This document shows, in pieces, positions 50,119-61,700 of a stretch of 64,000 bases of DNA. The notes beneath the pieces are model-generated. The model made no database searches. It had not been told where the DNA came from and saw nothing but the letters and a program-made list of their open reading frames with translations. A program made the translations under genes and the position numbers. Where the stretch lies: contig JBHGNT010000008.1 in assembly GCA_043228905.1 (NCBI GenBank), positions 7,998,001-8,062,000 of the forward strand. The letters run 5' to 3'. How positions within the stretch are numbered: the first letter of the stretch is position 1; each line of letters starts with the position of its first letter. Source of the stretch: Azolla caroliniana (Eukaryota > Plantae > Polypodiophyta).

Positions 50119-50435
50119 GGCTTCACTATCAAGGGAGAAGTTGTAAACTTGAGGAGTCGAACTTTGTTTAAAAAATATGATCAAATACATTTATACTAAC
50201 TTAATAACCGCCACGACATCATAACCAGGCTTCATTATCAAGGAAATTGTTGTATACTATAGTAGTCTAACTTTCTTTAAAAAATATGACTGAATATATT
50301 ACATTAACTTATTAGACAGCCACGACATCTAACTAGGCTTCACTATTAAGGGAATAGTAGTAAGCTTTGTCAAACTTTCCTTTAAAAAATGATCAAATAT
50401 TAACATCAACTTAATAACTGCCACGACTACATTTA
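50119..50435. repeat. Degenerate ~108-bp tandem repeat x3, with a further copy near 50965
   Basis: GGCTTCACTATCAAGGG...AACTTAATAAC.GCCACGAC recurs. Confidence 0.75.
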
Positions 50436-52619
50436 GTTATAAGTCATGATTGTGAAATGTGTATGCATCATAGTAGCTGGCGTGAGATTGAGGCTACTCA
50501 ATCAAACTAAATCTAAGATTAAAATCTAAAGTAATTAATTAGAATGCATTCATATATAATGTAGGAAACACAATTTCAACTATGGCTACAAAAGTAGTTC
50601 TTTCTCTTTCTTTCATTTTGAGAATGACATAGATTGTTAATCTTCATAATTAAGTTGATAGATTTTATATGAGTTTATGCCTCAAAAGTACATTCTTCTT
50701 TCATAAACCAATATGCATTTTGAACGTGTCTTTTTATATCTTTGCATTCACTACTTTAATGATATATCTCCATGCTTCCAATGGAACTATCATAGGATGT
50801 CGAATATTTTACTTGTTTTATCTTCTTCTATATCGATTTATGCAGTTAGGTATGTTAGGTTGTGCAAAACAGTAGAGGGAGACATTGAGCTCATAATCTC
50901 AAATATTCCATTTCAATTGTGTTTCAAAGTTGCTTTTAATATTGAATGCATAAAGCAAATATAAGCCTCACTATCAATAGAGCAGTTGCAAACTTCCAAT
51001 CTCAACGGTTGTTGTTTCAAACAATGTGATCGAATATGTTCATATCAAGTTAATAACTGCCAAGACTACAGGTAGTTAAAATAGTGAAAAGTGTACATAT
51101 CACAAAAGTTGATCAAGAAAATTAATGCTAAAAGTGATTCTTTATTTAGAAATACATTCACATTTAATATGGAAAACATAATTTTAATCTTAGAATTAGT
51201 GTGGACACCAATTCTTCCACGTTGATAAAGGAATATCTTTAAGGCTTCAAATCAATATGAAGGTACATTCTTATTTGGTAACTTCATTAGTATTTTTAAA
51301 TATGTCATTTAAAATGTGTGCATCTATTGCTTTAATGGTCAATATGACATATCTCAACATCCACGAGTCATGACTACTAAACAACAGACTTTGCTTGTAT
51401 GCGACGTGTAAGTAAATCTGTACATATGATTTATACGGGGCCATGAATCTTAATTAAATTTTAAGTTTTGACAATAGGATCTACCTTCGTGCATGTGAGC
51501 GTTTCAAAAAGATATACATACAATGATTGTGGTACAACATAATTGTTGAATGAGCTTGAGTTCCACCAAATAGTCAAACTATTAAAGGAAAGTAAGTTTA
51601 GAATATGAAAAGTTGGAAGTTATGCATAACATGTGCTAATTTGGCTATACTCCTTGGTATCAATATGCATTATCCACTTTAAAGGTCTTTCATTTTCTTG
51701 AGGTTTATATTCATAACAACTAATATATTTGAAGTTGCTAAGCATCTTGATAGCTTCGATAAAGCATCTTGTTTTGTAATATAAAACTCTTGGATGAGGT
51801 CGAGATATGTTTAAGAAATTAAGAGTAGCTTTCTTTCATTTTCTACATGCTCGTGGTTCATCTTCAAACTTAAAAGTAAGAAAGGATGGATACCTTTTTA
51901 AAATGAAGTCACTATCTCAATTAGAGGCACAAATAACGCCAGAAACATAGGTTACACCAAATGTATATTGATCATACTTAAAAATGATGTAAAGCATGAA
52001 TTAACCTATAAAATCATTATGAAATTCACATACTAGAAAAGAAATGGAATCTCCAACATAATTAATTACAAAACACATTGTAGTCCTAGTACTAGAAATT
52101 AAGGAGAAATCTGAGGAGGTGCAGGGTGCCTTAAATTAAGGTTGAATTGTATGCTCTTTTACTTTAATAAAGGATTTTGCCAATAGCACATGGGAGGGTT
52201 TCCAGGTTAATATGATCCTTGATCACAACATGAGTTGCAATAAGGAGAGTATGATATATAGAACCATCACATTCAAAAGAAAAATGGAAGTGTTCTGTTT
52301 TATCCCCTTTTTTATAGCTTCACGACTTTCATCTACCTAACACATGTTAACCACCATATAATTATAAAGCCTAGCACCTAGATAATTCCCCATTGTTCTA
52401 TAATATGAGAAGTGTAGGAAGACTACCTTCTTGTTTTGGAATCCATGTCCCATCATGGTGCTTCCTACGACCAACTCACTTCTTTTGTGAGAAGAGAGAA
52501 TCCTCAGATTTTTATGATGCAAACCAAGTAAGATAGAATGTCAACATGAATCTCCTTGGTTAACTACATGTGTAAGTTGTGTTTTAAAAACTATTTCTAT
52601 GGAAATGTGGATGAACAAG

Positions 52620-54193
52620 TGTAAAAGTTAATATGCGGAAGCTTTGACAAACCGGTTCAGCCGGATAGCAACAGAGAGAGTACAGGTTTAATGGAAACCT
52701 TACAAGACACAGATAGAGAGTGGGAGAGACAGAGAGAGCAAAATAGCATAAACTATATTAAAAAAACAATACTTTGTACATAGGATGTGCTCAGTGAGCA
52801 CTTTTTATACAAGTCCACAAGGGACTGACAAAAGTACTATGTACTTCAATGCTCATACGAGTGGTTGACACTAACTACGAGGACCATGACTACATAGTAG
52901 TCTAGAAGCATACACCTTTAAACAGCCTACCAGTACACATGTGGGTCCGACCCTCCGATCCCGCTCCTGGTTCCAGATATTATTTAGACATCGATCCATG
53001 TACGATTCGGCTCTGGCTTATCTAGTCGATCCAGATCTGGTTGAGCTTGCTCGCTCAACACTCCCCCTCAAGCTCAACTTGAGGTCGGATCGTGGTGTTA
53101 GTGTCTGGGGTAGCCAGTTCTTTCGTCCGGCTCCTTTTGGCGTCCACCCGCCTCGCTCGCACTCCTCGTCCGGTCCGGTTCCTCCTTCCATGACCCATCC
53201 GTTTCTACGTTCCTCAATCTCCTCGGTCGGCTTGTCTGCTCAATAGGCCCATCTCAGCTCCTTCGTTGATGCGACTCCAGCGCCGTCTTCTCTGCCCTCT
53301 AATGTGCTTAACCTTCGACAGATTCAACTCTTCCGAATCAAATTGTTGAATTGAATCGGTTGTCTCCGATTCGTTCCAGCTCTTGTCCGAGTTGGTAGTC
53401 TCCAACTCGTCTTCCGTTTTCTAGCCCTTCACAACATCGGACCATGTCCGGGTCTTGGCCTTCTTCTTTCGGTCAACTCAATCTCTCTTGACTTTGTTGC
53501 CATTGTCGCTTTCTCCGACTTTTCCGGATGTGCCGACTCCTTCGGTCGACTCGGCTTCCTTTTTCTTCTTGTTTCCCCTGTCTTGGTTCTCTCTTTCTCT
53601 CCGGCTCCTTGTCTGGTGCCTTTACCTGTCTCCATTCTCCCCCTCAAGTGCAGCATGTCGAGATGCTGAAGACCAAGCATCGCCAAAAAATGCTGCAAAT
53701 TGTCGGTTCCAAGGGCCTTGGTGAAGATGTCGGCAACCGACAGATCCGTGTGAACATACCGAAGTTCAACTTCACCACTTAGGACCCGCTCAAGCACAAG
53801 TGATAATATACTTCTATGTGCTTTGTCCGAATATGAAATACGGGGTTCTTAGCGAGCTGTATGCTGCTTACGTTGTCAAAATAGATCTGGATCGGGGTCG
53901 GTACCTCGATCCGGAGGTCTTGCAGCAGTCGCTAAAGCCATATAGCTTCACATGTTGCAATGGTAGCGCCTTGATACTCAGCCTCAATGCTCGATAGGGC
54001 CACTGTTGGCTACCTTTTGCTGCTCCATGCAACAACCGCGCTTCCTAGAGAGAACATGAATCCGGAGGTGGACCGTCGATCCGACACATCTCCAGTCTAG
54101 TTGGCATCTATATATCCGATGAGCTTTTTAGCTATACTGTGTCGGTATAACAATGCCTTGTCCTTAGTGCCGCTAACATACGAGAGTATCTGG
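52620..54193 (-). mobile_element. Copia remnant C4: RT end, RNase H, 3' region and 3' LTR (52620-53060)
   Basis: VAWSSKR..TVALSSIEAEY, HRTKHIEV, ADIFTKAL on minus; PPT TGAGGGGGAG 53061-53070. Confidence 0.85.
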
Positions 54194-55358
54194 TGTCGCG
54201 AAAATACGACGAGGATACGTGAACGTTGAGGCAAGACCCCGGGGCCTTTGACTAGAGGATATCAAATTCGTGTATTTATGTACTAAGAATTAACCGAAAT
54301 GAGAAAGATTAACAAATTTCATTAACAAGTAGAAAGAAAGATTACAATTAATCCCAAGATTGGGATTACAAAAAGTTTGCTAATGGAGATGGCTAGAGTA
54401 ATAGATTAGAGGAAATTAAGATATGAATTCTAATGAAAATTAGGGTTTTTGGTTTTGATAAGAGATTATGGTTTTATGAGTTGAATAGCTTCCGTATGGA
54501 AATTTAGGGTTATGAGTAAGATATGGCTTCCGTAAGGAAATTAGGGTTTACTTGAGAGATATGGCTTCCGTAAGGAAATTAGGGTTTACTTGAGAGATAT
54601 GGCTTCGATAAGAAAATTAGGGTTTACTTGAGAGATATGGCTTCGATAAGAAAATTAGGGTTTACTTGAGAGATATGGCTTCCGAAAGGAAATTAGGGTT
54701 TACTTGAGAGATATGGCTTCGATAAGAAAATTAGGGTTTACTTGAGAGATATGGCTTCGATAAGATAGGGGAGCCCAGAAGGAAAAGAAAGACAATATAA
54801 TATATAGAGAGAGCCTGAGTGTAGGAAAAAAAATGGAATTTTATATGGAGTTCTCCCTTGATCATCTGCATGTCCACTTTTTGTTGCATGGCCTCTACTT
54901 TTAGTTGCTTAGCCTTTTCTTTTAGTTGCATCTATTTTTAGTTGCATGGCTTTTTCGTTTAGTTAGATGTGACCGTCCACATGACCTTTACTTTCTGCAT
55001 GCACTCCAACTTTAGTTGCTTGCGTCCACATGGCCTTTACTTTAGTTCTCTTCACTTTAAAAGGATAACATACGTTATTTAAGTGGGGAAATCTATTCAT
55101 TTGTTACAGAACAACCAATACTTTAGTTTGTTGCATGATCCAATCTTCCGTCCATCCGCGTCCAACCTCATCCGATAGCCGGTTCCACTCGATCACCGAA
55201 TCCCTCGCCGGCCGGTTCCATTTTGCTTGCCGGCCGGTTCCGGTTCCGGTTTTGCTTACTGGCCGGTTTCCGGTTTGCATACAGGCCAGTTTCCGGTTCC
55301 AGTTTGCTTGCTGGTTCCGGTTCCGGTTTTGCTTACCGGCTTGTTTCCGGTTTGCATA
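54194..55358 (-). repeat. Partial LTR X, related to the W LTRs
   Basis: Starts with the reverse complement of the W LTR end (ATCCTCGTCGTATTTTCGCGACA); same module order (AGCCATATCTC repeats, GCAACTAAAA repeats, ACCGG repeats). Confidence 0.88.
54541..54764. repeat. 38-bp tandem array x6, each unit with a telo-box (AAACCCTAA on minus)
   Basis: TTAGGGTTTACTTGAGAGATATGGCTTC starts at 54541, 54579, 54617, 54655, 54693, 54731. Confidence 0.95.
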
Positions 55359-58103
55359 CCTACCACCACCGTCCTTTCCTATAGGACTCACGTCGGCTCT
55401 CGGGCCGACCGCCAGATCGGTGTGAGGATCTCCGTGGGACCTCCCCTTTTGGCGTCTCGGTTACCCGCCTTACCGCCGCCACCATTCTTCTCTCTAGGTC
55501 TCACGCCGACTCTCGTTGCCGGCTACCGGAGTGTCTAGAGCCAGTGTGCGTAAGGTCGCTGCAACACCGCTTGCCGTCTTCCCGACCTTCTCGTCGGCCT
55601 CTTCGGCTGGTCACGTTCACCTGCCTCCACCGATCTCTCATATAAGACTCACGCCGGCACTCGTGCCGACCGCCGGATCGGTGTGAGGATCTCCGTCTCC
55701 GCCCATCCATAGTCCCTTTTGCCTTCATCCCCTCGCTGCCACCGTTCGCTACTCTAGGCCTCACGCCGACCGCCGCAGTCTGTAGAACCGGTGTGAAGGA
55801 TCCTCCTCGGGCTTGTCGTATCTCTGACCCTTATCCCGGGTCTTCCTTCTCCGCAAGTCGAGAGGGTGGCTCGCTCCACACCCTCTCCCGTGGTACCAAC
55901 GTACTGTGATCTCGGCCTCTTCATAGGCCAACTCTCTCCTCTCTTCCGGATCAGTTATCTAGAAGTCTGTTGCGCCCGGTTCTCGTCCCGGTCCATCCAT
56001 CATTCTCTGGATCGCCGGGTCCCGTTCTCCTGCCGCCACCGTCTCTCCTATTGGACTCACACCGGCTCTTGGGCCGACCGCTGGACCGTTGTGAGGATCT
56101 CCGTGGGATCGGTCTTCGTTCTCCGCTTCGTCCTTTGTACTGCACGCGTCGTCGGCCCTTCTTGCTGTGTTCCCGCCTCCATCTTCCATCTCTTTCGGTC
56201 TCATGTTGCCACGCCGGCCGAACCATCGAAGTCTCCGGTAAAGATGTGAGGACACCAATTTTGTAACGTCCTCCGGCGACTCGTCCCAGGCCACTGAACC
56301 TTTTAGTGGTGTCGGTGGATAGCATCCGCTCTGTGATAAACCAAGCCCCACCTGGGCTTGATTCTCCAATGTCCGGAGTATCGGTTTCGATGCCGAACCC
56401 GCCAGATTCGTTCTGAACCCTTGATCACTTTCCTTTCGATCCCCGACCTTCGCCCGATCGGTCTTTCTCCCCATGTAAAAGAGGGCGGCTCATTCTGCAC
56501 CCTCTTTTGTATCGGCACCCTCATGCCGATTCTGGCCCCGGTCGAACAATCCACGACCGGATCACGCTCCAACCGAATCGGAGTGCCGCGCAGTTCGGTT
56601 CTTGGTCGGGTCGTTTCATGGTCTCTTCGTCGACCTTTTCGTGGGCCTTTTCCCATTCATCTTCGCTGGCATCGTGCCAGGACTCCTTGATACTGTCACT
56701 CATCTCCTCGGTCTCACATGGGCGTAAGGGCCTGAATGTCGAGTTCTCCGGAATTGGTCCGAGGGCTCTTGTCTGTTCCTTCCCCGTATCGTCTTGCCGA
56801 TGATTCTCAGTCTCATGCCGCCGCCTTCCTCCTCTTGGGACTCACGTGGGCACTCGGGCCCGACTGCCATTGTCTCGGGAGAAAGTGTGGGAAGATGCGA
56901 AGAATTGCCCGTCCATTTTACGCCCTTGTCCGTAGCCATCGGCTCGCCGTGGTCGGTGGTCGTCTTCTTACCAATCACGCAAGCCCCGCCTTGGCTTGAT
57001 TCTACAATGTCCGGAGTTTCGGGCTGACGTGCCCGAAACCGTTGGTCCCAACGTTCCGATTCTGCGATCGGTATCTCGGCCTCGTCTGAGAGGGCATTTT
57101 GTTCCGCACCCTCTCCCGTGGTACCGTCGTATCGTTCTTTTGCCATCTCACGGGGCAAGCTCGTCTCCTTTGCGTCGGCTCACGGCCTCGATTTTTCCTC
57201 TTCCTCGAGCATTGCCTCGAGAGCTGCGTACGCCTCCACAATCCTGGCCCCGAAGCCGAGCCTTGCTGACTCTCTTTGCTGTTCGACCTCTTCCCGCTGT
57301 GATGGCATGCCGTCACGCGCCTTCCTCTTAGCCTTCTCGGCTCGCTCGTCATCTAGCCATTGGCATACCCTTCCGACCTTTGACCAGTCCTCCGTAAGGC
57401 CATTCGCTCCGTCCTCGTCTTTGAGCTCAATCCCAATGGCCTCCCGTTCTACTCGGTCGATCGACTTAACGAACAACAAGACTTATTCCGCCCCCACCAA
57501 ACCTTGTTCCCACTCCGGGAGCTGAGCAAACCGTCGCAAGAACTCTAGTAATGCCTTCATTGCGCCCCGGTGGGTCTTCGCCGATGCTACCCACTGGTCG
57601 AAGCTGTGTCATCCCCGTCTCTTCCACCGTCCTCCATATGCCTACAGGAGCGCCTCTTCAAAGGCCTCCCACGAACTATGAGCTTCTCGGAGCTCCTTCA
57701 CTTCCGTGTGCATACGGACGACGACGACCCAACAGAAGAACTCCAGCCTCAACGCCTCGTCTACGTCTCGCTCCTCCATTTCCACGTTGTAGGCTTCCAA
57801 GTAGAATGGGACCTTGTCCCCGTTGAAACGGCCAACTCTTTTGACCACTCGCTCAACCGCTTGTTGCGCCGACTCTCGTCTTGCTGTTGCTCGTCCAAAC
57901 TCCCTCACCGCTTCGACAAAAAGTTGCGCGAAGTCGTCTTCTTCCAACTCCATTCTCCCTTGCCGCCCTTCACGTCGAGTTCACCAAATATGTCGTGTTG
58001 TTACACGTGTGCGTGTAGAAGGGGCGGGACCACAGGGGTCTCGGACGAGGGAGAAAAGGGATGCCAAGAAAACTGACACCGGACATGACCCGGATGCAGC
58101 CGA

Positions 58104-58165
<62 letters not shown>

Positions 58166-58755
58166 AGCATGCGTGCGACACCGACTCATATGCACATGAA
58201 GCAAAGGGGCTGTGCTCCCGACACCACCGAATACACCAATATGCACAAACAGATACGAGCATGTATATTACAAGAGAAAGAATACATCCCCGGCTTCAAG
58301 CCGGACCAAGGTAGGGTAGGTTATAACAATAGTCCGCTCCCAAGCCGCCATTTGGGGAGCTCTCGGGCTCGTCGCGTAGAGCGGGGTCTTGCACAGGAGA
58401 CCGAGCAGAAGCAAACCCTAAACAAACACGAACTCTCAACCCTCACGATGACGAAGAAGAAGAGGAAGAAGAGTGAAAAAAGAAACTACCAAGATAGAAC
58501 CGCCTAACCCTAATCTAACAGTATACCCTCTAACACAAAATGGGCAACCCCTCTACAAGGGACCATCCCTTCCTTTTATAGAACAAGGAGAGGGATGCGT
58601 TACAATGTGGGATAAATCCCGACTTGCATGGGATTCTCTGTCCCGACTTGACTCCTACTATTCACATGTTTTACAAGGGTAAGTGCACATGGTGCACCCT
58701 ACCGATTCTTCCAATATTCCCCGGTTTCCCACCATGGCCTGAAATCTTCACGACA
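55359..58755 (-). mobile_element. Gag-only LTR element Y with tRNA-Trp-type PBS; 3' end missing
   Basis: 5' LTR 57991-58755 (TGTCGTG...CACGACA); PBS TGGTGAACTCGACGTGAA 57969-57986; gag then GC-rich repetitive region; no pol motif seen. Confidence 0.85.
57180..57953 (-). pseudogene. Y Gag
   Basis: VGRFNGDKVPFYLEAY...WEAFEEALL* ...LFVKSIDRVEREAIGIELKDEDGANGLTEDW. Confidence 0.82.
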
Positions 58756-61700
58756 ACGGAGAAGTAGAAGAGACATCTAAAGTAAAGATCAACATCAACA
58801 TGGCAGGCAAGTACGAGTACAATGGATCCGGTAATGTTGTTTATTGAAAAGTTGAATCAAGATCGATTATTTCATGCCTTACGAGAAGTCCGAGAGAAGA
58901 TTGGTATGTTTGATGGCACAAATATTTCGAAGCTGTGAATATATATTATGATGTAATGGAAATGTCTGGTATGAATGATGTCAATATGATAGCAAACTTT
59001 TATAAATTAGTGGACATGGAATTAAGAAATAGAATTCATGAAATACAAACATTGCATAGTTTGGATTGGAATGCATTCAAAGAAGCACTTGTGTCTGAAT
59101 ATGCTCGTGAGGATTTCTCTCGCGTTACTATGCGTTCATTCCATGAATGGGTCCTAAAAGAAAATAACGGATTATCTATGGTTGACACGAAAAAAGAGTT
59201 TGATAGATTTTATGGACACTTAAAGCCAGAAGAAAGAAATTCTTTGTCTTGGCAAAAGGTTGCTTTATTTTTGCAGGCAGTTGACAAGAGATATAGAAAA
59301 GAATTGGAATTTATGCTTGAAGTAACAAATACCGAGGATGGTATAACTGCAGATTGGAATGAGGTAACAAATGCTTGTAATAAATTTATGAAAAGAATGC
59401 AAAGGAATGGTACAATGCTACAAATACCACATGTGGGAATCACAAATCGGATTGAGCAAAACATCGAAGATCAAAGACTTGGTCAAGAACCATCACACGA
59501 AATGGTCCATCAACCACGAGAAATGATCGAAACTAAGAGTGAGTCTTTGCTTGATAATTTAGTTCAAAGTATGAAAGATCTAACAATTAAAGCAGCAAAA
59601 CTTGAGAATGGTCAGACTTCGAGGTCAAGGGAACCATTTCGACCTCGATGCATGTGGTGTGATAGTCTCGAACATCGATTATGTGATTGTGCGGAATAGA
59701 CATGGAAAATCGAGACTTGGTCTATTGGAAAAATGGTAACATTTACTTAACTGAAACTAGAAGTCCACTTACAAAGAACTTTCGTGATGGTGGTGTTAAG
59801 GTTAAGTTTGAAGAAGCTGAAGTAAAGAAGGCTTTTGCAATGTACTACTTGGCAACGGCAGGAATGCGTCTTGATGACATGCCATACTGATCATCATTCT
59901 GGGAGAAGGTTGTAAGTTCGGCACAAAAGCAAAAGCTGAAGATGGAAGACCTTCATGTTGTTGGAGATTCTGTAAGGAAAAACACTAGATGGGATGTTCC
60001 AGTAGATGTTATGACAGTCTATGCTCAGATGGCAGAACACCAAGAGCATGAGGTGATAGTGGAAGAAAAAAGGAAAAGGTCAGATGATGAGACTAGATCA
60101 ACAAAAAAGCATGAAACAAGAGAAAGCAAAAGAAAAAAGATGGATGCAAAAGTTGAAAAAGGTAAATCTGGTCCTTCATTCAAATTAATGTCTGATATTG
60201 AAAAGGATACAGATTTAAAGAAAATTTTAGAAACAAGAATACTAGAAAGTCGAGTAGAATTTTAGGTATTGCAAAAAAGGAATTTCATGATGAAATAATT
60301 GATATTGTGCGAAGAAAGAAGCAAGTAAATGAGCAAGTTAAAGAAACAAATCTGAAGGTGGCATATGAAGTGGTAAGCAACGAGTCGAACAATATCATTG
60401 CTGACTCTCAACATGCATCAACCTCAATGATAAGTTCAACAGAGACAAGAAGCCACTATTCTCGCAAATGTTGGGCAAGAGTCACTACTGAGCTTCATGT
60501 GAAATTGGAAATGTTCAAGACCTGGTGATGGCACTTATTGATCATGGTTCTGAAATAAATATAATGATACTCAACATGGTTGGCGCGTAAAAGCAGCCAC
60601 ATCAGTCATCGAAGATTTATTTGGTGCATGCCCAAATGTAAAGGTTACTATTGGTGATATAGAGGTAGATCAACATTTCTTTGTGTAGGAAGGATCTACC
60701 TATCCAATAATCTTGGGGCAACCATACATCACAACGGTATGGATGGAGACCAAAGTCCTTGACAATGGTTTTGCCTATGCGAAGATTCGAAGCTAAGATG
60801 GAAGAAGAACTGTATAGTTTATGACAGTTCGCCCAAATCATGAGAGGAACAAGCAAGAGCTTTGTGATCATTCGATACCAAAAGAATGTGATGATTTTGA
60901 TAATCAGGTTTTTGACTAGGACTGTTGCAAATGAGGGTTGCAATAGTCCCATTATTAAAAGTCCCTCACGTAGGGCATTACAACATATGAATAAGTCATT
61001 TCATGTTTCTGAAAGTGGTGCTATATGTGAGACTAAGATGTATGAATGCAAGAGGAACTTGAAAAAGAATGCTAATTTGTTTCAATAGGCATTGAAGGAT
61101 AATGGAGTACTTGAAAGTGTTATGGAAGAAACTTCTTTTGCAAATACTATAGAAGAGTTAGAAATGTATTTGAAAAAAGATGATGAGAGTGTTAGAAAGA
61201 TACATGTAAACTTAATTGATATGTATTATGAGATTGATAAGTATATTTGTAAATATGAAGAAGTAGAAAGTTTATGTAATACAAAACACAAAACAATAGA
61301 CAAAAAGGTCAAACCTGTTGCAGTACCATTACCCATTGGTAGCGAAGAGAAGATGGAGGCAATAACAACCAAGCCTATGCTTCGACCAATAGAGAAGATT
61401 AGACATTACTTCACTTCGGAAACAATAAATAACTTAAGAATCGGAGGGGGTGAATTTCTTCTGCAATCAGAGATCGCGGCTTTCAAAGAAATTATCTTTA
61501 GGCATGGGAAAGCGTTCGCATTCAAAGCTGAGGAGATTGGTTGTGTAGATTCAAAGGTGGTGACGCCAATGGTAATATTTACTATCCCTCATATTCCTTG
61601 GAATTTTAAACCTATTGCAGTACCAAGAGCTTGATTACCTCAATTGTTGGAGCTGCTGAAGGATAAAGTCAAGATGAAGATTTTAGAGCCTTCAAATGCA

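Noticed and set aside
54194-58755. One intact LTR element bounded by TGTCG...CGACA
   Set aside because: The two LTRs differ internally and the flanks do not form a TSD.
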